IMG/VR virus record: IMGVR_UViG_3300028797_000141
Coordinates: 1-64,000 of that record
Direction: 5' to 3' (one strand)
DNA: 64,000 nt
DNA from: a virus
Lineage: Duplodnaviria > Caudoviricetes
Under the pieces are notes generated by a model that ran no database searches, was not told the DNA's origin, and was given only the letters and a program-made list of their open reading frames with translations. Below are positions 48,001 through 56,133 of the stretch, piece after piece (position 1 is the stretch's first letter; each line of letters begins with the position of its first letter). Position numbers and translations under genes: made by a program.

Positions 48001-50978
48001 ATCATATCTCTAAGATTAGAATTAACATCTGATGTAAGATTTAATATTCTTAATGCTTCATCTATTGAACCAGCGTCTTCTTGAGACATATCTTCAATGT
48101 TTTTATTTTTAAAAACATAATTAAGCATATCAACTCTTCCATACTTTTTAGCTTGTGCTATTAAAGTATTTCTTGCATCGCTTATAGCAGCTTTTCTTGC
48201 AGCATTTGTGAAGTTGTGAATTTCATCTATTTTATTTTTAATAGCTTGTCTATTAAGTTGTATTTGAGAACCATAACGTAAAGCTTCTAAGTTATAACTA
48301 GCTATTTTAACATAATCATCTACTAAATTGTCTGCTAGTTTTTCCATTTTACTAAGTGTTTCTCCATTTTCCAAACCAAAATCATTTTTAAGATTTTGTT
48401 GAAATGTACCAAAGAAACCACTAGTGCCATCTTCTCCAAATAAACTTAATATTTCATTATCTTTTAATTTAAAATGAGTTCCTGATAATTCGTTTATTTT
48501 ATTTATATCTCTATTTGTAATAGCTGTAAGAAATTCTCCATATCTTTCATCATCTTTTCCATAAGACCTAAAGTTAGCAAATATTGTTTTAGCAACATTT
48601 GATAACATTTGTTCAGTATTAGCATTAACTTCTCCTACTTTTGTAGCATATAATGCATTTTCTAAATGAGCATTTACAGATTTTATTTCTTCTTCTAAAT
48701 TACGTTTTTCTATAATACCATCTATACTGCCAGCATATTCTTTATCATTTTCTATTTCTTGTAATCTTTTTCTAAGTTTAGTTAATCTTTGAGAACAAAC
48801 TATTGTATCAACAGCAGATTTAAAATCATAACCTGCTATTTCACTTTCTTTAATTCCATATCTACGTTCATTAGCAGCAGCTTGAGCTTTATATTTTTTA
48901 ACTATATTTAAAAGATTATCTTGGTTTACACTATCTAATGTGTAGTTTCTAGCTAAAAGTTGTATATATTCATAAGGAATATCACCACGTTCTTCTCCTA
49001 AAAGATGGTCTATTGCAACAAGATTATCTGTGTATCTTTGTTCAACTTCATTCATTCTAGCTATTAAAGATTCAATATTGGTATCTTTTGTATTAATACC
49101 AATACTTTCTAATGCATCTTGAACTTTAGTATCAGATAAATAATCTACTAATAAATTATAATTACCTCTGTCTATAGCATTTAAAGTCATAGATGTTATA
49201 TAATCATCTACAGCTCTTTCCCAAGCAGCTTCTTGTTCAGCATCATTTGTTAAACTTCTATGCTTAGTATTATCATTTTCATCAACATTAAATGGGTCTG
49301 TTGGATTATTTTTATCAAATATTTCAGCTTGTCGTTCTTTTAAAATACGTAATTGTTCATAAGCTGATTGTATATTAGCAACTCTGTCTTTTGTATCATT
49401 TAATTCCCATTGTTCTTTCCAAGTAGTTTTCTTGCCTTCTTTACTTTCTTCATTATAATTAGCATTTTGTTTTATAGTATTTACTGTAGCATTGATAGCT
49501 TTTTTTGCATTTCCACCTACATTTTGGAATAAAACTCCACCCATCACACCACCTATCATACTTTCATACAGCCCTGTAGATTTAAGATATTTTTCCATTC
49601 TATCTCTAGCATATGCATCATCAGGATTATAAGTATTTAACATATATCTACCATAATGCATACCTTCTTCTTGAGCTATATAGTTAACAGCTTCTTCTAT
49701 ACCTTCACTCCATTCAGAGAATAGTTTTTCATTATAATAAAGATGGTCACTAAGCCAATCTTTAACTTTTTGACCTTTAGTTCTATTAGCTATAGCATTG
49801 ATTCTTTCATCTTCACTTAATCCAGCATAACGTTTTCTTTCACGCTGAGCTTTCTTTATTTTAGAGTTTTTAGGTGCATTCTTTTGAAGTTTTAAAGGAC
49901 TACGTAAAGTATACATTTGAAATACATCAAATAATAAGTTACCATAATCCATTTTAAAAGTAGTATCAGCAGCTTCTTTAGATATTGCTCTAGCAACAGC
50001 ATCTCTATCTGAAGTATCTATATTTTTGTCTTTTAATAATTCAGTATTTCTTTCTAATAAATCATTATATTCATCATCACTCATTTGATTTATAGCAGCA
50101 GAACTTTCTTGATACATATCATTGTATACTTGTCTAGCTTCTTGATAGTTTTCAATAGTTCTACTAGCAAGACCTCCAATACCAGCTTCTTTCATATTTT
50201 TAACAGAAAGTTTAGTAGAAGGTCTATTAGCCCAATTACTAAATTTACTAAGTCTAGTAGCTTCAGCAGCTTGTGCTGCAGTTTCAGCTTCTTTAGCTGC
50301 TTTAGCTGCTTTATTAGCTTTTCTAGTAAGTCCAATTCCTTTAACACCTGCTCTTCCAGCCCTACCTAAAAGAGAAACTCCCTTTGCAACTGCTGTTGAA
50401 GGGATTAAAAGAGAAATTGTTGTAAATGCACTTGGAATTTGATTAAACCAAAATCCCCAATCTGTTAGTTTTCCATTTGCTATACTATTTCTATAAGGGT
50501 CTTGATAAATTTCATGTTCTTGTCTAAATTTTTCTTGATATTCTTCCAAAGCTTTGGTTACATCGTTTTGATAATCATTGTCTCCTTTAAATACATTTCC
50601 TACAATTATATCAAACAAATCACCAAATCCTTTAACAATACCAACAGCTGTTTCATTCCAAACCCCCTGTAGTAAAGCATTGCCTAATTTAGAAAACCAA
50701 CCTTGTTGTTCACTAAGTTGATGGTCTAAACTACCATTAGCTGCTTCTCTAGCATTCCAATTTAATCCATATTTTTCATATTTTTCAGCAATTTTAGCAT
50801 CAACGATGTTAGCATCAGCATATGATTGTTTTATAACATCATGTAGTGCATTTTTATCTGAATCTAATGTAACAACATCTATTGTTGGAGGTTGTTTATT
50901 TTTTTTAGATTTAGGATTATATTCAGGATTTGGTACAGTTGTTTTACCATTATTTTGTAAGAATTCATTTACGTTCAT
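42015..50978 (-). CDS. Large ejected polyvalent protein, 2987 aa: two zincin HExxH domains flanking an ART-PolyVal-like module
   Basis: LIHEQLH (44562-44576) with EEFLVE; LHEIIH (42555-42569) with EFISE; QVRTKAFKEWFGDW...SKVVDENGEPLVVY...PNQIKSA. Confidence 0.85.
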   Translation of the reverse strand: MNVNEFLQNNGKTTVPNPEYNPKSKKNKQPPTIDVVTLDSDKNALHDVIKQSYADANIVDAKIAEKYEKYGLNWNAREAANGSLDHQLSEQQGWFSKLGNALLQGVWNETAVGIVKGFGDLFDIIVGNVFKGDNDYQNDVTKALEEYQEKFRQEHEIYQDPYRNSIANGKLTDWGFWFNQIPSAFTTISLLIPSTAVAKGVSLLGRAGRAGVKGIGLTRKANKAAKAAKEAETAAQAAEATRLSKFSNWANRPSTKLSVKNMKEAGIGGLASRTIENYQEARQVYNDMYQESSAAINQMSDDEYNDLLERNTELLKDKNIDTSDRDAVARAISKEAADTTFKMDYGNLLFDVFQMYTLRSPLKLQKNAPKNSKIKKAQRERKRYAGLSEDERINAIANRTKGQKVKDWLSDHLYYNEKLFSEWSEGIEEAVNYIAQEEGMHYGRYMLNTYNPDDAYARDRMEKYLKSTGLYESMIGGVMGGVLFQNVGGNAKKAINATVNTIKQNANYNEESKEGKKTTWKEQWELNDTKDRVANIQSAYEQLRILKERQAEIFDKNNPTDPFNVDENDNTKHRSLTNDAEQEAAWERAVDDYITSMTLNAIDRGNYNLLVDYLSDTKVQDALESIGINTKDTNIESLIARMNEVEQRYTDNLVAIDHLLGEERGDIPYEYIQLLARNYTLDSVNQDNLLNIVKKYKAQAAANERRYGIKESEIAGYDFKSAVDTIVCSQRLTKLRKRLQEIENDKEYAGSIDGIIEKRNLEEEIKSVNAHLENALYATKVGEVNANTEQMLSNVAKTIFANFRSYGKDDERYGEFLTAITNRDINKINELSGTHFKLKDNEILSLFGEDGTSGFFGTFQQNLKNDFGLENGETLSKMEKLADNLVDDYVKIASYNLEALRYGSQIQLNRQAIKNKIDEIHNFTNAARKAAISDARNTLIAQAKKYGRVDMLNYVFKNKNIEDMSQEDAGSIDEALRILNLTSDVNSNLRDMIQISILQGELEASEDENLNTGSENSITQPQNSQPDNNTTQQQKQQKSQENQQQSQSEPQTTQQTATQNQQQNNNDNNTQKLNEDYKLSVKFDVSNGITFTKVPIDSSDEGFRFNDILDENSNTIGVELRLDLDNNVSDDVKKALYPKIIDYITKVDKNNQEEKTEHFKPEDIIGKYVQVLENPTIKLNDDGSFPTALNDENCEKGGLIVRETAPETAPISSTGEVIDPLGKVYGGPNNDGNDEASDADKLLSQRQEKLIEKIQQGVAIQKEMFGKIKEARKNGEDLRQALTTIIEEVRANHQDIDTNDLEDYINKYKKIIENKIALLDVADKTNDVMYYTVVEGNTSLTDSKKQAIAGLVQSVAEAYKFQKTSDGKYVFFFEDFIRNLNKLYPNEYQGDIIKEQLKDYFTKTPEGLSSVKLLDNVNDPNMDENIHKTEAERIKERIGNSEVQRVDIDTIFEENNPKQIKEFWNLKLGDKLTYVVEDNPKRLYGKRIALQHNSTNVAYLPIPDINGFGNFEYNNEGWTITIHDRKTKAKANIEPFFENLLISQNPIEDRIRQDIADLNYNDSLTEQQKGIIIDRVYQYCLSKEDDNIIPDADPSEVVGFVCKIFKHAKPTINFANNNPQYIADDITAFFDNLYESYNAVNELAKEINSGSILDITVENINDGELIRKVEIEHDASKRTNDSHYYEFEQSHKAIANPNEVEVCVRKPINKDESIVIDTNGNRILHDEIANLGEPHIIIPNRSGKNQYCVATAVEIGDTQLDKDSEAYKIIQDTNKALNKQFDDNLSNGNVVEFLEFLYKLTGKKVGKKGVEHKDINKGTKPLLYGIDWNQNGDNIILTQYADNGRDEIIFNLKNNSVKLVQTRNDGENKVQTQKEFNKNNINELKDNIKSFVSKCKFNLDYSYFSPYSRNTNSFASKTSTGGFDVVVLDGTETEEEVKKKVHHFTSFKDFVVKGGVVRVNTTQEDGTNYRRKGKDQRANQIMKVSLKRISSPIEKNDDTQQTTTTQQPTTQIQQVDSSKLEELVKSGKDNSVEEIFKLALGDKLTDKILKSLNEHELLPKNLIFVEEILDNRKRPINAKANKRTKEVTVTRQWLNMLTGTGNVVMSDGSVENLTGRLTEETKTSFRNQALRKLIHEQLHIKLGRNREAILKQVKQIFDEFGDYLTKNPETYSKYGKYLFEKEKDENRRLEEFLVESMTSKELAEFLNTIESTFEVDESKVDKNNLWNKLLNILAELFNYVSYYTKGGKNIEHKKFKVKETSLLQKELYALQGALVINENTESNTETQTIENTSTESTSQNIDEFFGKTKSNDKYEITDNDIMLSTVVENQYAEEMQQIKDQAIADGTFMKAPNGKPTNLTERQWLQVRTKAFKEWFGDWENDPANASKVVDENGEPLVVYNYSDIESPVFDKNVVKDTYSHAFWFSSNPKIYKSYGSIKKDVFLNIKRIDKITTEEYDKDYTGKYIREGVQSRGFDGIEEVVKPKAAGGVTLNRIFHVYEPNQIKSATNNVGTFSKENNNIFFSTIMEDTPLITIKTDINDSKLKSIKKFNDNQSISDKHANNLQDVETVLNRLCDYHNVKTKDKLNINRLFSKRENVDGQFVASRATLVNRPDRSPYSGKFYHADEVKRLCGILFNEAKKAGYIDKNKTLEFKNIAKENEESLYIVELRNMTYDEALNESYEYEDETTKYFEMQRFDDTRLSSDDKLYDKFNNGRSVSVFVMLQNLLANNTPFKSLINTLGGSLKELLDARCYLVTRNEMKQLTPNFNFTSAAIYDPTTNAIYVNNSVKFGGKDGIVDNTILHEIIHMIVHNANPTDKQINRINNIFNKARTLLAKKYGKSVDELINDYHTGINNLAYGLSNVDEFISEIFTNSNLLKELNNVGEKIDGVQRSLFKDILDWIVSFLNVKSDVLEESIESIQDVLLNFDGKVNTNKKSLTSKSYKLNTENKTRHSSVSEFVSLLSPENQLKCISDIKDGTMEISCKL
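44991..45008 (-). repeat. Dispersed motif in the 2987-aa CDS; identical to the right arm at 120-137
   Basis: attcttctctatggggga. Confidence 0.8.
47332..47348 (+). repeat. Dispersed motif in the 2987-aa CDS
   Basis: tcccccgtagaagaaat, encodes ISSTGE. Confidence 0.85.
50663..50680 (+). repeat. Dispersed motif variant in the 2987-aa CDS
   Basis: ccccctgtagtaaagcat. Confidence 0.55.
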
Positions 50979-51015
50979 AATAAGTATTATTAATTTTCTT
51001 GATTACTTTACGTTT

Positions 51016-52881
51016 TTAAAGAAATAGACGATAATCTTTTGTATAATTGTAAGCATCAGTCTTAAGCATATTCCATATTTTTCTTATAAGCTCAATACGT
51101 TCATTAACTTTATAATTAAAATCATCTCCTTCATATTCACCATTTAATATTTGATGTAATTCTTCGGGAGTTATAGGACTACCATCCATTTTATGTAAAG
51201 AAGTTCCTAAAAGTTCATCGGACAATTGAGAAGCATATTTTAAAGAATTTTCATTAAACGCTTCATAATCTAATTCATTATTTGCATTTATGTATTCATA
51301 TTTTATTTGTTTACCAGCTTGAATACCGTATTGCTCTTTTATATCTTTTTCAAAACCAAATATATCTTCAGAAGTAGTCAATATTTTTCCATTTCTATAA
51401 TAATTACCTGCAGCATCTCTATTTAATTTATCTCCATTATCTAATAAACAAACACGACCGTAACTTTGCATATCATTTATATGTTGAAGTGCTTGAAACT
51501 CACTATCTTGTTGAATACTTTTATTTAGTTCTTCTGTAAAAAGACCTGGTATATAAATTCGTATTTCTTTTTTAGCAACATCATTTTTTCCAGGACCTAT
51601 GTTAGCACCAACAGGAATTGTTAGATGAATACCTTGTTCACCATTTCCTATAAAACCACTAACAATAACATTATTTCCTGCAGCACTTAACATAGTTTGT
51701 AAACTAGTTTTTACAGTTTGGTCTTCTACCATCTTCAATGTTTGAACACCATCTTCATTTTCATAATCACTATAAACCATAAATTGTGAATTTTGCATAG
51801 CTTTAGTAGTTTCTCCAATATAGTCTATAGCAAATTTCATTTTGTCTTCGTATTCTGTAGGAGTTATTCTTCCTTCACGTAATGCTTTATCTAAGTTTGC
51901 TATACCATCAGTCATAAGTGGAATTATATTTCCAGATACTTCATATTTTATATCTTTTTCAGCTAATCCATTATAATTATCGTCTATTTCTTTAAAAACG
52001 TCGCGTATATTATTAGCACAAGTTTCCATATAATAATGGTCATTTGAATCAAAATCATAACCACCTATACATTGCCAAGTTTCATTACCTTTGTCATCTT
52101 TAGATTTTTTATAACTAGTTATTTGAGGACAATCTACAAGATTTCTATAAGTTGGAAGACTATTTATTATATTAGGCAAATTTTTATCATTAGAATTAAT
52201 TCCTAAAATAATATCACCAGTTCCTTTATCTTCACTATATCCTATACCTAAAGCTGATAATTGATTTTTATTCCAACCCATTTTAGATAGAAATTCATCA
52301 AAATCAGTTGTATCTTTTGCAAGCCAATCTATACCAAATAAACCATATTTTGCTTTTTTAAATCTTATATTAATTAAATCAGATGGATTGTTTTTATCTA
52401 CACTACCATGTAAATCATCAAAATGTCCTTGATATGACCTATTTATATTAGGATTATGTCCATTTGTAATATATGATATATTATCATAATACTTCTTTAA
52501 TAACGGATAATCTTTATATAATTTATCTCTATCACCATTATAAAAAGTACTATTTAACTTTTTATCTACAAAAGCATCAAAGCCTATTTCTTTAGCTTCA
52601 TATAATTCTAATTTCCTTTTTGCATCTACATTATCAATTCTATCATAAAAACCTTGACGCTTTTCAGCATTAGATTTATAAACACTTAATTTAGTTTGCC
52701 AATTTTTTTGAGCTTCGTTATCTTCAAATTTATAAGAAGAACCATATTTATAAGCTTCTTCCCAATTATCTGAATCTACTAAACTATTAAAATATTGCTT
52801 ATCAAAAGGTTTATCATTTTCAGAATTTGTACCTATATAAGCATATTTTTTTCCTGTAGAACCTGAATATTTAAAATTCAT
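51016..52881 (-). CDS. Putative cargo/ejection protein, 621 aa
   Basis: Synteny between the muzzle/cargo genes and the large RNAP genes. Confidence 0.6.
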   Translation of the reverse strand: MNFKYSGSTGKKYAYIGTNSENDKPFDKQYFNSLVDSDNWEEAYKYGSSYKFEDNEAQKNWQTKLSVYKSNAEKRQGFYDRIDNVDAKRKLELYEAKEIGFDAFVDKKLNSTFYNGDRDKLYKDYPLLKKYYDNISYITNGHNPNINRSYQGHFDDLHGSVDKNNPSDLINIRFKKAKYGLFGIDWLAKDTTDFDEFLSKMGWNKNQLSALGIGYSEDKGTGDIILGINSNDKNLPNIINSLPTYRNLVDCPQITSYKKSKDDKGNETWQCIGGYDFDSNDHYYMETCANNIRDVFKEIDDNYNGLAEKDIKYEVSGNIIPLMTDGIANLDKALREGRITPTEYEDKMKFAIDYIGETTKAMQNSQFMVYSDYENEDGVQTLKMVEDQTVKTSLQTMLSAAGNNVIVSGFIGNGEQGIHLTIPVGANIGPGKNDVAKKEIRIYIPGLFTEELNKSIQQDSEFQALQHINDMQSYGRVCLLDNGDKLNRDAAGNYYRNGKILTTSEDIFGFEKDIKEQYGIQAGKQIKYEYINANNELDYEAFNENSLKYASQLSDELLGTSLHKMDGSPITPEELHQILNGEYEGDDFNYKVNERIELIRKIWNMLKTDAYNYTKDYRLFL

Positions 52882-52896
52882 AATATTATTTTTATA

Positions 52897-54129
52897 TTAG
52901 TAAAGATTATCAGAAGTTTTTTTAACGTCGTCAACAGTTATGTTATATTCTTTAGAAAAGTCCCCAACTGCCATCTCTATTCTCTGTTTAGTTGCTGTAT
53001 CATAAAATGAAACCTTACCAGTAGCTGCATTATATTTTAAATCAGAATAACTTTTTGAACCACCTGAAGAATTATCACCTATTCTAGTGTCAGTATAGCT
53101 TTTCCAATTGTAACTTAATTGTTTAGCTACTTCAGGTAGACCTTTTTCAAACATATAAGAATCTATAGTTTCATTAGAAACATCTATGTGTCCATTAACT
53201 ATTTTAAAATCTTTCTCAAGACCATAATTTTGAACAGTTAATTCGTTTTTCTTTTGAATCAAACGTTGTTCCTCATCATTGGTTATATTAGGATTTTTTA
53301 GTTCTTCTTCTATACTTTTTAATTGTTCTAAATTTTTATCATATTTATGATAAGCTGCATTAAAAAATTGACCTATTGAAAATCTAACATTAGGGTCTCT
53401 TTCTATCATTAATTTTGAAAAAGCAGAAATACGTTCAGCTGTTTTCTGTTCATTATTCCAAGTATTTGCTGTACGAATATCTAAAACAACATTATTAGCA
53501 TCTACATTATAGTCACTTCCACCACTAGATTTTTCTGCCATTATAGCATCTCTAGCATTAAGTTCAAATTGAACAGCATTCCAACTATCATATAATTCAT
53601 CACCTTTCCAATCTTCTGCACCTACTACTTTACCATCTTTAGTTTTATTGTTATGATAATATGTATTCATATCATCTAAATATTCTGACACAATTGGGTT
53701 TATTCTACCAGCATCTACTAATTTTTGTTTTCTAGCATCCCAATTTCTTTTTTGTTCTGAAGTTTTAATTCTAGCAGTTAATTCAGTATTGTTAACAACT
53801 TTAGCAGCAGCTCTAGTCGCAGCGTTTTTAGCACCCTGATAATCTCCAATTCCTATATAATGATTAATCTCGTTTGCAACTTCATCGCCTAATTTATCAA
53901 TAAACTCATAATTTCCTCCACCATCTATAACTTTTTGTTTAAATTCACCTAAAGCAGCATCTATTCCAGCTAGTTTTTCTTGAGCAGCTTCCATTCTTTT
54001 TTCTTGCTTGTCTAAACTAGCATTTAATATACTAAAGTCATAACCCTGTAAATCATAATCTACAGGGTCTACAGTAACACCTTGATAATAAGGTTCTGTA
54101 ATATTAAAATCAGGTATTTTTGGTTTCAT
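52897..54129 (-). CDS. Putative cargo/ejection protein, 410 aa, helical
   Basis: Synteny; coiled-coil-like sequence. Confidence 0.6.
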   Translation of the reverse strand: MKPKIPDFNITEPYYQGVTVDPVDYDLQGYDFSILNASLDKQEKRMEAAQEKLAGIDAALGEFKQKVIDGGGNYEFIDKLGDEVANEINHYIGIGDYQGAKNAATRAAAKVVNNTELTARIKTSEQKRNWDARKQKLVDAGRINPIVSEYLDDMNTYYHNNKTKDGKVVGAEDWKGDELYDSWNAVQFELNARDAIMAEKSSGGSDYNVDANNVVLDIRTANTWNNEQKTAERISAFSKLMIERDPNVRFSIGQFFNAAYHKYDKNLEQLKSIEEELKNPNITNDEEQRLIQKKNELTVQNYGLEKDFKIVNGHIDVSNETIDSYMFEKGLPEVAKQLSYNWKSYTDTRIGDNSSGGSKSYSDLKYNAATGKVSFYDTATKQRIEMAVGDFSKEYNITVDDVKKTSDNLY

Positions 54130-54138
54130 AATTATTAA

Positions 54139-56133
54139 TTATATTAATCCTCTTCTTTTTGCTATAGTTTGTAAATACTTATAATACGCACTTTCTTTGT
54201 TATCACCGGCATGTAAATCGAGCATTGATTTTATTCCTTCGTTATCATTACTATAATCAAATAACCTAGTTAATTGTTCATCACTAAGTCCTGCTAATGT
54301 TCCTATATAATTAAATTTGTTTTGTCCTATTGCATTTGCTGTTTTTCCTGCAATCGTTCCAACATTAGTTACTGCATTTCCCCAATTCTTAGCATTTGAA
54401 GTTGCTCTACTAGAATCAATATTAGCTAAACCTTGATATAAATTAGCATTGGTTTGTCCAATACCCATTATTTTCTGATTTTCTATATCATTATTATATT
54501 GACGAAGTTGCATTAAATTTTCAGCATAATTTTTGTTAGCTTCAATATCTCTAGTAGCATTTTGATTTGAAACATCAGTAATACGTTCCATATTACCTTG
54601 TATTATAGCTTGCTTAGTTTTATTAGCATTAGTAGCTATTTGATTTAGCAAATCATTATAGTTTGTTTCTGCAACAGCATTTCTATTTTGAGCAGCGGCA
54701 GCACTTAAAGTATTATTATTTATTTGATTTCTTGTACGCTGTAAACTTCTTTCAGCAGCAGCTGTTTCAGCACCTGTATTAACAATTGGAGCTTGTAATG
54801 CAGCCATAGCATGAGCAGCTTTAAAATCACCACGTTTTAAAGTATTTAAATCAATGCCTTTAAGTTTATTATAAGCATCAATCATATGTTGTGACACTGC
54901 ATTTAAACCTTCTTTTCTATATTTAGAAGCTAAATTATTTCCTATACTGTTTGCAAAAGCTCCTAGTAATTGAGTACCTGCTGAAATACCTGAACCAATT
55001 AATAAACTTTTATTACTATCTTTTAATAAATTACCAACAGGTAGAGAAGTATTACCGCTTTTATTATTATCACCTGTTCCTACAGGGCCTGAAGATTGTC
55101 CTGCATAACCACCATTTGTATTATCATCTTCATATTGACCTGTTATATAATTAAATCTCTTACCACCTGTAGCTTTAATTCTTGTACCATATTTAGCTAT
55201 TGTAGGATTTTTCTTTTTATCATTTCCTATTGCCACTGCAATAGGTACAAAAGAACTAGACAATGTAGGATTATAATTAGTTCTAACTATAGTACCGGAT
55301 GTAGCTTTTTTTCCATCATCAGGTATATTGTTTTCATCTTTTATAGATTCTTGTATTGCAAAAGCTATATTAGGTTCTAATCCTAACATAACAGCTTCTC
55401 TTGGATTAAAACCAGATATGTTATGTTTACTTATAAATTTTGCATCTGTAGGAGAAACTAACATTAATTCTCCTTTAGATGTATTTTGATTTCCTTCAGC
55501 TTCCACAATATTATCTGTAGCATTACCACCTTTTGCATATTTGGATAAACCTTTTGGTAATGTATCAAATGATATGCCAACACCTGTTTTATTTTTTCCT
55601 CCTTGAGCTTTATGATAGTGTTTGTGGTCATTTCCAACAACTTCGTACAAATCTTCTCCGTTAGCTGTTGAACCTAAATAAACAACTCCTCCACCATCTA
55701 ATACTCTAAAAGGAAGATTTCCATGTTTAGTTATAATTCTACTAGATTTTATAGAGCCACCATTTCTAACTTGTATTTTACTAGCTTCTTCTCTTTGAGT
55801 AGTGTTTTGCTGACCTGCTAGCATTTGTAACATCATTTGATTGTCTTTTTCTATCTGTCTTGTTTTTTCATTTTCACTTTTCTGAAAATCTATATTTTGT
55901 TGTTGTAATTTATTATTATTTTCGTTTTGTTTCTCTAAAGAATTAGCATTAACTTGTGCTACTTGTTCTTGAGCAGCTGCATTTTCTTTAGCTGCATTAG
56001 CAGTAGCAGCTGCATTAATACCAGCACCAGTTAAAGTAGCAGCTGCTTGTATACCTGCAGCTACAGTTGTAGCAGCTGCTTCTCCAAATAAAGCTTTACG
56101 TCTTTTATTTACTTTTAACTTTGTCATAATCAC
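54139..56133 (-). CDS. Cargo protein 1-like ejection protein with Ala/Gly-rich membrane-type segments
   Basis: AAATTVAAGIQAAATLTGAGINAAA; VEAEGNQ...GE; LLIGSGISAGTQLLGAFANSIG; directly downstream of the muzzle gene. Confidence 0.7.
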   Translation of the reverse strand: MIMTKLKVNKRRKALFGEAAATTVAAGIQAAATLTGAGINAAATANAAKENAAAQEQVAQVNANSLEKQNENNNKLQQQNIDFQKSENEKTRQIEKDNQMMLQMLAGQQNTTQREEASKIQVRNGGSIKSSRIITKHGNLPFRVLDGGGVVYLGSTANGEDLYEVVGNDHKHYHKAQGGKNKTGVGISFDTLPKGLSKYAKGGNATDNIVEAEGNQNTSKGELMLVSPTDAKFISKHNISGFNPREAVMLGLEPNIAFAIQESIKDENNIPDDGKKATSGTIVRTNYNPTLSSSFVPIAVAIGNDKKKNPTIAKYGTRIKATGGKRFNYITGQYEDDNTNGGYAGQSSGPVGTGDNNKSGNTSLPVGNLLKDSNKSLLIGSGISAGTQLLGAFANSIGNNLASKYRKEGLNAVSQHMIDAYNKLKGIDLNTLKRGDFKAAHAMAALQAPIVNTGAETAAAERSLQRTRNQINNNTLSAAAAQNRNAVAETNYNDLLNQIATNANKTKQAIIQGNMERITDVSNQNATRDIEANKNYAENLMQLRQYNNDIENQKIMGIGQTNANLYQGLANIDSSRATSNAKNWGNAVTNVGTIAGKTANAIGQNKFNYIGTLAGLSDEQLTRLFDYSNDNEGIKSMLDLHAGDNKESAYYKYLQTIAKRRGLI

